Positions 20,110 to 29,121 of a stretch of DNA of 59,446 bases are shown here, piece by piece; the first letter of the stretch is position 1; the number at the start of each line of letters is the position of its first letter. The position numbers and the translations under genes were made by a program. The notes below the pieces were generated by a model. The model was not told where the DNA came from, did not search any database, and worked only from the letters and a program-made list of their open reading frames with translations. The stretch is from Alphaproteobacteria bacterium (GTDB taxonomy: Bacteria > Pseudomonadota > Alphaproteobacteria > Bin95): contig JAJDVH010000056.1 in NCBI GenBank assembly GCA_022826185.1, forward strand, positions 1 to 59,446, in the 5' to 3' direction.

Positions 20110-20296
20110 ATGGACACAATATCCCTGCGAAAGGAACAAATCAAGAAACATTTTGTCCTGAAGACGGAAGGGAAAGTCATGCTTCTTCCCGGAGCGAAGA
20201 GGCTCCGACTCAATGCCTTTCAGAATAGTTTCCGAAATAACGAACGAAACGCCTCCCGCTTCCCGAAATCGAAACGGCAGGAAGGCAGGGCCGGCG

Positions 20297-21895
20297 TTAC
20301 GGCGCGGGGAGCAATACGCCCGGGTTCATGATGCCGGCCGGGTCGAGCGCGGCCTTGGCGCCCTTGAGCGCGGCGGCGAAGATGTCGGAGCGCTGGCGCG
20401 TGTACCAAGGCATGTGGTCGCGCCCGACGGCATGGTGGTGGGTGATGGTGCCGCCCGCGTCGATGATCGCGTCCGAGACCGCGTTCTTCACGGTGTCGTA
20501 CTGCGCCGAAAGCCGGCCCTGCTCGCCGAGGCCGATGAAGGTGAAATAGGGCGCCGGCCCGTCCGGATAGACATGGGTGAAGCGGCAGGCGACGATCCCC
20601 GGCCGCCCCGTCGCTTCCCTGAGCGCCCGCTCCGCCGCGCCGCCCACCTCGCGGTGGAAGTCCTCGAACCGGTCCCAGGTGATCGCGGTCTCGAAGGTCT
20701 CGCGGATGATGGCGCGCGCGGTCAGCATCTCGCGCATATGCCCGCCCTTGATGAAGGCGTCGCGCCAGCGCGCCGCCGCACTGCCGCCACCGCCGCCCGC
20801 TTCTTCGGGCAGCCGGCCGCCATGGTCCCGGCAGCATTCGAGCGCCCGCGCCATCCAGCTGTCGAGCGGATGGTCGGCGCTCTCGAAGCCCAGCACCAGC
20901 ACTGCGGCCGAGCCGTCTCCTGCGCCCGACCAGCGCACCTCATTGTGGTCCAGCAGGCGCAGATTGGCGGGATAGAGCCCGGCCTGCGAGATGGCGCGCA
21001 CGGCTTCCGCCCCGTCCATGAAATGCTCGAATTCGACCGAGCGGCCGTCGCGGAAGGTCGGGCGGTCCTGAAGGCGCATCCAGGCTTCGGTAATGATGCC
21101 GAGCGCGCCCTCGGAGCCGAGGAACAGACGGTCGGGGCTCGGGCCCGCGCCGGAGCCCGGCAGGCGGAAGCTGTCATGCACGCCCGCCGGCGTCACCGCG
21201 CGCACGCTCTCGGTCATGTCGTCGATATGGGTCAGCATGGTGGCGTAATGGCCGGCGCCGCGCGTCGCGATCCAGCCGCCGAGGGTGGAATATTCGAAGC
21301 TCTGCGGGTAGTAGCGCAGGGTCAGGCCGTGCGGGCGGAGTTGCTCTTCGAGATGGGGACCGTAAACGCCCGCCTGTATGCGCGCGGCGCGCGAGGTGCG
21401 GTCGATTTCCAGCACCCGGTCCATGGCGCCCATGTCTATCGAGACCGCGGCCCTGAAGCCGCCGCCGACATCGGGATGCACCCCGCCCACCACCGAGGAG
21501 CCGCCGCCGAAGGGAATGGCCGCCGCGCCCGCATCCGCGCACCAGTCGAGCAGGGCCGCGACCTCGCCCTCGTCGCGCGGACGGGCCACCAGGTCGGGCG
21601 CGCCGGCGAAGTCGCGGTCCATGATGCGGACCTGCTCGTGGAAGGAGCGGCCGAAGGTGTGCACCAGCCGCTCCCACTTGTCGTCCGTGCAGACCGGCGC
21701 CAGCGAGGCCGGGGGGGGCGCCAGGCGCGGCGGGGCGATCTCGATCTCGTCCACGGTCGGGAACGGCCGGGCCTCGAAGCCGTCCACCCCGAAGACCGCG
21801 GCATAATCCGCCTCGAAGGGCTTCATCTCCTCGTCGGTGAAGCCCTCGCCGACCTTGCCCCACCCCCAGAACTTCCGCCGCGCCATCGCCCCGTC
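20297..21895 (-). CDS. FAD-binding oxidoreductase (FAD-linked oxidase / alkyl-DHAP synthase-like)
   Basis: PCMH-type FAD-binding domain (IPFGGGSSVVGG) and a C-terminal FAD-oxidase domain. The start is the ATG at 21895 (MARRKFWGWG). Confidence 0.8.
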   Translation of the reverse strand, partial: DGAMARRKFWGWGKVGEGFTDEEMKPFEADYAAVFGVDGFEARPFPTVDEIEIAPPRLAPPPASLAPVCTDDKWERLVHTFGRSFHEQVRIMDRDFAGAPDLVARPRDEGEVAALLDWCADAGAAAIPFGGGSSVVGGVHPDVGGGFRAAVSIDMGAMDRVLEIDRTSRAARIQAGVYGPHLEEQLRPHGLTLRYYPQSFEYSTLGGWIATRGAGHYATMLTHIDDMTESVRAVTPAGVHDSFRLPGSGAGPSPDRLFLGSEGALGIITEAWMRLQDRPTFRDGRSVEFEHFMDGAEAVRAISQAGLYPANLRLLDHNEVRWSGAGDGSAAVLVLGFESADHPLDSWMARALECCRDHGGRLPEEAGGGGGSAAARWRDAFIKGGHMREMLTARAIIRETFETAITWDRFEDFHREVGGAAERALREATGRPGIVACRFTHVYPDGPAPYFTFIGLGEQGRLSAQYDTVKNAVSDAIIDAGGTITHHHAVGRDHMPWYTRQRSDIFAAALKGAKAALDPAGIMNPGVLLPAP

Positions 21896-22005
21896 TCCTT
21901 GCCTCGCGCGGGAATTCTGGCATGCCGGCCGCCAGGGCGGAAGGGGGCAGAGAGGCAACGCCCGGAAATGACGGTTCGTTGGATAGGTCCTTGGGATGCG
22001 TGATA

Positions 22006-22392
22006 TCAGCCTGCTTCCCGGTTTAGCGGGAAGAGAGCGATTCCACCTTCGGTCGAGACCTCCAGGACGTGGTTGACCATGACCTGCATCGGGTCTCCGA
22101 TTCTCGACAGATGGCCGATGGCCGACCGAAGCAGAATTTCGGACTCCCGGCGGCTGACGCACGGCAGGACGATGAGACCCGGATGGACCGATTCCGATGC
22201 GACGAGGGCGCGGAAGTCGCGGGCATTGGCCGTGACGAGGACGAGGTCCTCATCGAGGCAGCGTTGCAGGACAGCGTGGTCGGGCTGACCGAGGCCGCCG
22301 AAATCGCGAGGATGTTTGGCAAGGTGTTGGCCCTGTCGGTTGATCGCACCTGCGATGGCTGGCGAAAGACACTCGTCCAGAAAGAGCCGCAC
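22006..22392 (-). CDS. DUF5615-family PIN-like toxin
   Basis: MRLFLDECLSP... with LVLVTANARDF is the typical DUF5615/Mut7-C-like fold signature. It pairs with an upstream DUF433 gene. Confidence 0.7.
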   Translation of the reverse strand: MRLFLDECLSPAIAGAINRQGQHLAKHPRDFGGLGQPDHAVLQRCLDEDLVLVTANARDFRALVASESVHPGLIVLPCVSRRESEILLRSAIGHLSRIGDPMQVMVNHVLEVSTEGGIALFPLNREAG

Positions 22393-22410
22393 AGGAAGGG
22401 GAGCCGGGTG

Positions 22411-23007
22411 TCAGGACGCGGCTTTCCACGGACGGCCGGCGGGGCGGCCTCGTAGAGGATGGCTCCTGGCGTAGAGTGCGGCGGTCTCGAATGCCCGGCG
22501 GTCGATATCGGGATAATCCTCGATAAGGTCGTCAACGGTCTCTCCGCCCTCGAGGCGGCCGAGGACCGAATAGACGGTGATCCGCGTTCCCCGGATGACG
22601 GGGGTGCCGCCCAGGATATCGGGATCGGAATGAATGAAGGCCGCACGGCCGCGAAGGTACCGGTCGGCTGATGCTATGAGCTCTTCGGGCACGTCTTCAA
22701 GGTGAAGAACCGTGTAAGCGGCGAATTCGACGTTTTCGAGGCGGGGCCATTCCATGCCGGCGAGATGCTGCCAGATTCTCCTCTTGTGGCTGACCGGGAG
22801 CCTCGTGAGGCCGGCCGCCTTCAGGGCGTGGAAGAAGACGACGGCGCCGCGGGGAAGGTGGCGGGTCGGCCTCCTGTTGCTGTGAATGGTGGCGGGAACG
22901 GTCGGGACAATCCTCGACTGGATCGCCTTTTCGATGGTTCCCGGCGCAACGCCGGAGAGCTCGGCGGTTTCCCTGACGGTGAAATCTGCCCGGTGAGCCA
23001 TAATCAT
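22411..23007 (-). CDS. DUF433 domain antitoxin-like protein with extended N-terminal region
   Basis: The C-terminal ILGGTPVIRGTRITVYSVLGRLEGGETVDDLIEDYPDIDRRAFETAALYA is a DUF433 domain. It is preceded by about 120 aa, including a putative HTH (FTVRETAELSGVAPGTIEKAI). Confidence 0.7.
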   Translation of the reverse strand: MIMAHRADFTVRETAELSGVAPGTIEKAIQSRIVPTVPATIHSNRRPTRHLPRGAVVFFHALKAAGLTRLPVSHKRRIWQHLAGMEWPRLENVEFAAYTVLHLEDVPEELIASADRYLRGRAAFIHSDPDILGGTPVIRGTRITVYSVLGRLEGGETVDDLIEDYPDIDRRAFETAALYARSHPLRGRPAGRPWKAAS

Positions 23008-23083
23008 TTCCTCTCCGGTAAAGAATATGTGCTTTGTTCAATGGCTGACAAGCAGGGCATGGGAAGAATGGCGCAGCCGCCCG

Positions 23084-24577
23084 TCAGCGCCTTATGCGCA
23101 TCAGGAGAAGCAGGGGGAGCGCGGCCAGCGCGACGGCGGTGTAGGCGGTGAAGGCGTTGAGATAGCCGATCATCGCGGCCTGCTGGCCGATCTGGCCGCT
23201 GAGCGCCGCAAGGCCCGACGCCGTGCCCGTGTCGATCACCGCCAGCGCCTCGTTGTAGGGCGAGACGAATTCGGTGAGCCGTCCGTAGTTCTCGCCGCCC
23301 GTGCGCACCAGCACGGTCACGCTCACCGAGATGAAGAAGCTGGAGCCCAGATTGCGCATCAGGTGATAGACGGAGGAGGTCTCCGCCAGGTAGCGCGGCG
23401 GCAGGGTCGAGAAGGTCGCGACCGTGAGCGGCACCCAGGTGACGCCGACGGCGACGCCCTGCATCCAGGAGACCAGCGCCACGTCCCACCAGGTGGCGTT
23501 TGCGTCGAACTGCATCATGATCCAGCCGGACGCCGCCATGATGGAGAAGCCCGCGCTCATGCCGATGCGCGGGTCGAGCCTGCCGACATACATGGCGAGG
23601 AAGAATCCCAGGATCGCGCCCACGCCCCGCGCGGCCACCAGCTGGCCCACCACCGCGTTCGGGAAACCCGCAAGGTCCTGCAGCATCGGCGGCAGCATCA
23701 CCATCGGGGTGAAGTTCAGCATGCCGTATATGCCGACGATGCAGAGCCCGAGCGCATAGTTCCGGTCGAGCAGCAGCTTCAGGTTCAGGAAGGGGCGCCG
23801 GGTGGTCAGGCTGTGGGCCAGGAAGATGTAGAGGCCGATGCCGGCCAGGCAGGCTTCCAGCAGGATTTCGGTGGAGTCGAACCAGTCGCGGCGCTCGCCC
23901 CGGTCCATCATCAGCTGGAAACAGACGACCGCGACGGAGAGCGCGAGGAACCCCGTCCAGTCGAGGCGCGCGCGCCGGAGCCTGCCGCCGTCGGTCAGCA
24001 CCAGCCACATGGCGAGCCAGCTCGCGCCCGCCACCGGCACGACCATGAAGAAGGCCCAGCGCCAGTTGTAGGCCTCGGTAAGATAGCCGCCGACGACCGG
24101 GCCGATCACCGGCCCGACGACGACGCCCATGCCGAACGCGGCCATGGCGGTGCCGTGCTGCGCGCGCGGATAGCTGTCCTGGGTGATGGCCTGGGCGAGC
24201 GGGATGATCGGCGCCCCCGCCGCGCCCTGGATGACGCGGAAGACCACGAGCGACTCCAGCGAGGTCGCGAAACCGCAGCCGAGCGTCGCCGCGCCGAAGA
24301 CCGCCATGCCCCAGAGCATGACCGCGCGGCGTCCGAAGCGGCCCGTCAGCCAGCCCGTCATCGGCGTCACGATGGCGGTCGCGACGATGTTGAAGGTCAT
24401 CGCCCAGGCGATCTGGTCCTGGGTGGCGGAGAGCGAGCCCTGCATTTGCGGCAGCACGGTCGAGACGACGAGCACGGTGGTGCCGTAGAGCGTCGTCGAG
24501 AGCGTCACGGCGGCGAGGATCGACGCCCGCCTGAGCGCCGAAAGGTCCTTGCCGCCGAACTCCTCCTCTCCGTTCAC
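23084..24577 (-). CDS. MFS transporter, DHA2 (EmrB/QacA-like, 14-TMS) family
   Basis: About 497 aa with many TM helices and typical MFS motifs. The GTG start at 24577 forms a GTGA overlap with the upstream SLOG gene. The 616-aa track ORF is an extension. Confidence 0.85.
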   Translation of the reverse strand: MNGEEEFGGKDLSALRRASILAAVTLSTTLYGTTVLVVSTVLPQMQGSLSATQDQIAWAMTFNIVATAIVTPMTGWLTGRFGRRAVMLWGMAVFGAATLGCGFATSLESLVVFRVIQGAAGAPIIPLAQAITQDSYPRAQHGTAMAAFGMGVVVGPVIGPVVGGYLTEAYNWRWAFFMVVPVAGASWLAMWLVLTDGGRLRRARLDWTGFLALSVAVVCFQLMMDRGERRDWFDSTEILLEACLAGIGLYIFLAHSLTTRRPFLNLKLLLDRNYALGLCIVGIYGMLNFTPMVMLPPMLQDLAGFPNAVVGQLVAARGVGAILGFFLAMYVGRLDPRIGMSAGFSIMAASGWIMMQFDANATWWDVALVSWMQGVAVGVTWVPLTVATFSTLPPRYLAETSSVYHLMRNLGSSFFISVSVTVLVRTGGENYGRLTEFVSPYNEALAVIDTGTASGLAALSGQIGQQAAMIGYLNAFTAYTAVALAALPLLLLMRIRR

Positions 24578-25035
24578 GGGGCGAGGACGCGCATGAGGAA
24601 ACGCCGGGCCTCGGTACCGATGCCGGGCGCCTGGCTCTCGCGGGGGCCGGCGATATTGAGCCGGACGACATTGTGCTTGCGCAGCCATGCCGCGGCGGCG
24701 GGCGCCTGCGCGCGGCGCGAGAGGTCGGCGATGCGCAGCGGGCGCCCCGTTCGGCGCGCGATGGCGGCCGTCAGCTTCGTGCCGCCGGTGAGCGGCCCCC
24801 GGCAGAGGATCAGCGTCGCGTCGCTGTCGCGGACATTGAGGCGCGTCCGCACCCGGTAGGCCGCGCTCGCCGTCTCGGCGAGGGGATAGCGCTCGGGGAC
24901 CGGGCCGTCCTCGGCGCGCCGCCCGCGCGGGCACCAGCCGCCGACGGCGAGGCCCAGCGCCAGCGCGGCGTCGAGCCCCGCCCGGTCCACGCCGGTCTGC
25001 CCGCCCGAAACGATCTCCTGCACCGGATGCGTCAT
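24574..25035 (-). CDS. YpsA-like SLOG family protein (formerly 'putative molybdenum carrier')
   Basis: IVSGGQTGVDRAGLDAALALGLAVGGWCPRGRRAEDGPVPERYPLAET...NVRDSDATLIL..LTGGT matches the family consensus as I remember it. It is hidden inside the C-terminal part of the 1065-aa track ORF. Confidence 0.75.
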   Translation of the reverse strand: MTHPVQEIVSGGQTGVDRAGLDAALALGLAVGGWCPRGRRAEDGPVPERYPLAETASAAYRVRTRLNVRDSDATLILCRGPLTGGTKLTAAIARRTGRPLRIADLSRRAQAPAAAAWLRKHNVVRLNIAGPRESQAPGIGTEARRFLMRVLAP

Positions 25036-26378
25036 GGCCGCCGCGATAGCATGACGAAGCGCGCGCACAGAAGCCCGAGCGAGATGGCCGTCGAGAGGAT
25101 CACCGCCTCGAACAGCCCGGCCACGCCCCGCTCCAGCCCGAACGCCAGCAGCAGCGAGAGCGGCACCATGCAGCCGATGAAGGCGAAGGCCTGGAGCGCC
25201 GTCGGCACCCAGGCGTCGGAGCAGCCGCGCAGCGCATTCAGCATCAGCGTCTGCCCGCCGTCGAAGAGGGGCATGAGCCCGGCCAGCACCAGCACCGGAA
25301 CGGCGGCTGCAAGCACGGCGGCTTCCGAGGAGTAGATGGCGGCGAGCGGCCGGGCGAGCGCCGCCATGAGAGCGCCCGAGGCGGCCATGAGGCAGATCGT
25401 GACGGCAAGCCCCATCCAGCCGGCCGCGATCCAGCGCCGGTGGTCGCCGCGGCCCCAGGCATTGCCGATGCGCACGCTGGTGGCGATGCCGACGCCGTTG
25501 GCGACCATGAAGATGACCGAGATCACATTCAGCACGATCGTGAAGACGGCGAGCGGGACCGTGCCGAGCCAGCCGGCGAACAGGTGGATGGCGGTGAAGG
25601 CCCCCATCTCGACGGCGATGGCGACGGCGGCGGCAAAGCCCACCATGCGCTGCACCCGCCAGCGCCGCCAGGCCCAGTCGGCGCGGGCACGGACACCCAG
25701 CCGCGCCCGGCCCGGCATCCACCAGACCCAGGCGAGCAGGAACGCCGCCAGCGCCCAGCGTATGCCGGTCGTGGCCCAGGCCGAGCCCTCCGCCCCCAGT
25801 TCGGGCAGGCCGAACAGGCCGTGGACCAGCAGGAGGTCGGCCGGGACGTTCACCAGGTTGGCGGCGATGATCGCCCAGGCGGCCGGGCGCGGGCGCCGCA
25901 CGCCTTCGAGGAAGAAGGCGGTGGCGAAATAGAGGAAAGCGGCCGGGTAGCCGAGCGCCAGGATGAAGAAGACCCGGCCCGCGCCCGCCGCCACGTCTTC
26001 GCTCTGCCCGGTGAGCAGCAGCACCTCCCGCCCGAACAGCCCGAGCAACAGGCCGACGCCGCCGAAGGCGAGCGCAACCGGCACGGCGCGCCGCCAGGCC
26101 GCCCCGCTTTCCGCCTCCTCGCCGCGCCCCATGGCCTGCGCCGCCGCGACCGTCGTGCCGGTGAGCAGCCCCATCACGGTCAGCAGCAGCGGCAGATAGA
26201 CCGCGACGCCGAGCGAGAGATAGCCGAGCTCCACCGAGGAGTAGCGGCCGACGATCACCGTGTCGGCCACCGTCATCGCCAGCACGCCGGCGCGGCTCAC
26301 CACCACGGGCAGGGCGAGCCGGTAGAGGTCGGCCAGGTGGCCGAGGACGAGACGGCGGCGGAGGCGCATGGGCGGCAA
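25032..26378 (-). CDS. MATE family efflux transporter
   Basis: 448 aa with a 12-TM profile and a typical MATE N-terminus (LYRLALPVVVSRAGVLAMTVADTVIVGR). There is an ATGA overlap with the downstream SLOG gene. Confidence 0.88.
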   Translation of the reverse strand: MPPMRLRRRLVLGHLADLYRLALPVVVSRAGVLAMTVADTVIVGRYSSVELGYLSLGVAVYLPLLLTVMGLLTGTTVAAAQAMGRGEEAESGAAWRRAVPVALAFGGVGLLLGLFGREVLLLTGQSEDVAAGAGRVFFILALGYPAAFLYFATAFFLEGVRRPRPAAWAIIAANLVNVPADLLLVHGLFGLPELGAEGSAWATTGIRWALAAFLLAWVWWMPGRARLGVRARADWAWRRWRVQRMVGFAAAVAIAVEMGAFTAIHLFAGWLGTVPLAVFTIVLNVISVIFMVANGVGIATSVRIGNAWGRGDHRRWIAAGWMGLAVTICLMAASGALMAALARPLAAIYSSEAAVLAAAVPVLVLAGLMPLFDGGQTLMLNALRGCSDAWVPTALQAFAFIGCMVPLSLLLAFGLERGVAGLFEAVILSTAISLGLLCARFVMLSRRP

Positions 26379-26424
26379 TCGGCCTTTCTGTTAGCGTCGC
26401 GGGCGGCGGCGGGAGGCGAGGCCC

Positions 26425-27897
26425 ATGCGGATTGCGGTCGGCGGATTTCACCACGAGACCAATACCTTTGCGCCGACAAAGGCAAGCTTCGAGATGTTCC
26501 GCCGCGCCGACGGCTGGCCGGGGCTCTGCCGGGGCGGGGCCGTGCTCGCCGACACGGCCGGCATAAACCTGCCCATCGCGGGCTTCCTGGAGGCGGCGCG
26601 CGCGTCCGGCCGCGACTTCGCGCCGCTGGTCTGGGCCAATGCCAGCCCCTCGGCCGAGGTCGAGGAGGAGGCCTATGAGCGCATCGCCGGCATGATGGTG
26701 GACGACCTCCGGGACGCCGGGCCGGTGGACGCCGTCTATCTGGACCTGCACGGCGCCATGGTCGCGGAGCATCTTGAGGACGGCGAAGGCGAGCTGCTGC
26801 GCCGCGTGCGCGCCGTCATCGGCCCCGATGTGCCGCTGGTGGCAAGCCTCGACCTCCACGCCAATGTCTCGCCGCTGATGGCGGGCCGGGCGGACGCGCT
26901 GACCGTGTTCCGCACCTATCCGCATGTCGATATGGCCGAGACCGGCGCGCGCACGGCCCGCCTGCTGGAGCGCATTCTCGCCGAGGGGCGGCCGGCCAAG
27001 GGGTTCCGGCAGATCCCCTTCCTCATCCCGCTGACCGCGCAATGCACGCTGGTCGAGCCGGCGGCGGGCCTCTATGCGGGTCTGGACGAACGGGAACGGG
27101 GCGCCGTCCGCTCCGTCTCGCTCGCCGGCGGCTTCCCGCTCGCCGACACGCCCGACTGCGGCCCGGCCGCGCTCGCCTATGCCGGCGACGAGCGGAGCGC
27201 GGCGGCCGCGGCCGAGGCGCTGGCGGAGGCGGTGCTGGCGGCGCGCGGGCGCTTTGCCGCCGCCTTCCTCTCGCCGGAAGAAGCGGTGGCGCGCGCCGAC
27301 CGGGCGGGGCGCTCGGGCCGGCCGGTCGTCATTGCGGACAGCTGCGACAATCCGGGCGGAGGCGGCGACGGCGACACCACGGGCCTCTTGCGCGCGCTCG
27401 CGGCCGCGCGGCCGGAAGGCGCGGTGCTGGGCCTGCTGATCGACGGGCAGGCGGCGGCGGCGGCGCATGAGACGGGCGAAGGCGGGCGGCTCTCGCTGGC
27501 GCTTGGCGGGCGTTCCGGCATATCGGGCGACGCGCCGTTCGAGACCGACGCCATCGTGCGCCGGCTGGGCGACGGGAGCTTCACCTGCACGGGGCCCTTC
27601 TATGGCGGCAACCGGATGCAGCTCGGGCCGATGGCGCTGCTGGAGTTGCCGGGCGGCGTGCAGGTCGTTGTCGCCAGCCGCAAGGTGCAGGCGGCCGACC
27701 GGGAGATGTTCCGCCATCTGGGCGTGGAGCCGGCGGACTGCCGCATTCTGGCGCTCAAGAGCTCGGTGCATTTCCGCGCCGATTTCGGGCCGATCGCCGG
27801 CGAGGTGCTGATCGCCGCCGCGCCGGGCCCGGTGGCGGCCGATCCGGGCGCGCTCGCCTTTACCCGGCTTCGCCCCGGCGTGGCGCAGCGGCCCTGA
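26425..27897 (+). CDS. M81 family metallopeptidase (MlrC-like)
   Basis: MRIAVGGFHHETNTF N-terminus with typical MlrC N- and C-terminal domains. Confidence 0.85.
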   Translation: MRIAVGGFHHETNTFAPTKASFEMFRRADGWPGLCRGGAVLADTAGINLPIAGFLEAARASGRDFAPLVWANASPSAEVEEEAYERIAGMMVDDLRDAGPVDAVYLDLHGAMVAEHLEDGEGELLRRVRAVIGPDVPLVASLDLHANVSPLMAGRADALTVFRTYPHVDMAETGARTARLLERILAEGRPAKGFRQIPFLIPLTAQCTLVEPAAGLYAGLDERERGAVRSVSLAGGFPLADTPDCGPAALAYAGDERSAAAAAEALAEAVLAARGRFAAAFLSPEEAVARADRAGRSGRPVVIADSCDNPGGGGDGDTTGLLRALAAARPEGAVLGLLIDGQAAAAAHETGEGGRLSLALGGRSGISGDAPFETDAIVRRLGDGSFTCTGPFYGGNRMQLGPMALLELPGGVQVVVASRKVQAADREMFRHLGVEPADCRILALKSSVHFRADFGPIAGEVLIAAAPGPVAADPGALAFTRLRPGVAQRP

Positions 27898-28549
27898 AGA
27901 AAGGCAGCAGCGCGATCCCGGCCGCGAAGCCGCCGATATGCGCCCACCAGGCGACCTTCGCGTCCTCGCCGAAGGTGGAGAGCCCGAGGAAGAACTGCAC
28001 CGCGAACCATCCCGCCACCAGCAGCCAGGCCGGCAGGCGCAGCGGCACGACGAAGAACAGCACCAGGATGCGCGCCCGCGGGCTCAGCACCAGATAGGCC
28101 CCCAATATGCCCGATATCGCCCCGCTCGCCCCGATCAGCGGCACCGCGGAGGAGGGGTCCGTCAGCCCGTGCGCGAGCGCGGCCAGCACGCCGCAAAGCA
28201 GGAAGAACAGGGCGAAGCGCAGATGGCCCATCGCGTCCTCGACATTGTCGCCGAAGATGTAGAGATAGGCCATGTTGCCGAGCAGGTGCGCGAAGTCCCC
28301 GTGCAGGAACTGCGTCGTCACCAGCGAGAAGGACGCCGGCAGGATGGCGAGGTCGGGACGCAGTTGCAGCTCGCCCAGCAGCCGCCCCGGCACGAAGCCG
28401 AGCGCCAGCAGCCGGCGGTATTCCATGGCTTCCGGCAGGCTCGACTGCCAGATGAACGCGACGACGCAGAGCAGGATCGCCCCCCAGGTGACGTAAGGCG
28501 TCTCGATGCGCGTGCGCTCATTGTCGTCATGGATCGGCATGAACGGCAT
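27860..28549 (-). CDS. Rhomboid family intramembrane serine protease
   Basis: Multi-TM protein with HLLGNM, a GASGAISG catalytic serine motif and a downstream AHIGG histidine. Confidence 0.88.
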   Translation of the reverse strand: MPFMPIHDDNERTRIETPYVTWGAILLCVVAFIWQSSLPEAMEYRRLLALGFVPGRLLGELQLRPDLAILPASFSLVTTQFLHGDFAHLLGNMAYLYIFGDNVEDAMGHLRFALFFLLCGVLAALAHGLTDPSSAVPLIGASGAISGILGAYLVLSPRARILVLFFVVPLRLPAWLLVAGWFAVQFFLGLSTFGEDAKVAWWAHIGGFAAGIALLPFFRAAAPRRGEAG

Positions 28550-28696
28550 AGGCGGCAGGGTAGCAGCTTGCCGCGATGTTCCCGAGCGATGCGGCCGCCG
28601 GCTCGGCCGGACATCGGGCCGCTATTCAATCCGCCGCTCGCAACTGCCCATCGTGACGCCGCGGTCACGCGGCAAATTCGAGACTCCGTAGGCGCA

Positions 28697-28722
28697 GGTC
28701 ATGTTTTGTCATGTTTTGTCAT
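28697..28722. promoter_or_regulatory. Array B: three 10-bp-phased (G/T)GTCATG direct repeats
   Basis: gGTCATGttttGTCATGttttGTCATGtt, with repeat starts at 28697, 28707 and 28717. It lies about 150 bp upstream of the rhomboid start on the opposite strand and directly adjoins element copy B. Confidence 0.45.
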
Positions 28723-28733
28723 GTTCCCTCCTT

Positions 28734-29052
28734 GCGGCGGCCTTTCCTCCGCCGGGTTTCGTTGCCTTCGTGTTCCCGGCCGCCGGACCGGGAGCGCGGA
28801 CCCTGTACCGCGCGCAATCGCCTGCGCGCGGGCGGGTGTCGGCGCCGGCGCGGTTCGCGCGCCTGATTGCCCGCGCATGCGAGGCGGGCGCAGGACGCAC
28901 GTCTCCCGTCGGTTCCTTCGGGTTTTTTTCGCGCCGGCGCGAAACGGAAGAAGCGGCGCCGCGGACACCGCTTCCTCCTACCCTCATTGTAGCACACTTC
29001 GCCAGAATGCAAGCCCACAACGGGGAATTGTTTCGAGAATCAAGAACAAACA
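28734..29052. repeat. Copy B of the ~300-bp conserved non-coding element
   Basis: See copy A (2027-2331). The same ordered sequence blocks and the same A/T-rich tail are present. Confidence 0.6.
28986..29013 (-). promoter_or_regulatory. Sigma70-type promoter candidate reading leftwards into element B
   Basis: The minus strand reads cTTGCAt (29013-29007), a 15-16-nt spacer, TACAAT (28991-28986), then gagggt and AGGAGG. The position is homologous to the promoter in copy A. Confidence 0.4.
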
Positions 29053-29121
29053 ACGTATTCCTGCCGGGGTGACGATTGCGGGGCCGGTGTGCGATGCGGC
29101 CCGGTTCAAGGGGATGCGGCG

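Noticed and set aside
24574-27771. 1065-aa minus-strand ORF.
   Set aside because: It is chimeric. Only its last 153 codons (24574-25035) form a recognisable protein, the SLOG/YpsA-like gene. The rest is antisense to the M81 peptidase gene or out of frame with the MATE gene. Similar chimeras are 49476-52562 (only the ACAD part is real), 54906-57560 (only purM is real), 5352-7289 (only rnc is real) and 7231-8484 (only pdxJ is real).
28699-28968. 89-aa Arg-rich minus-strand ORF preceded by AGGAGG-N5-GTG inside conserved element B.
   Set aside because: The corresponding frame in copy A lacks a start codon and terminates after about 20 codons. The composition (R/P/A-rich) is typical of non-coding high-GC sequence. 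It is kept only as a remark in the element finding.
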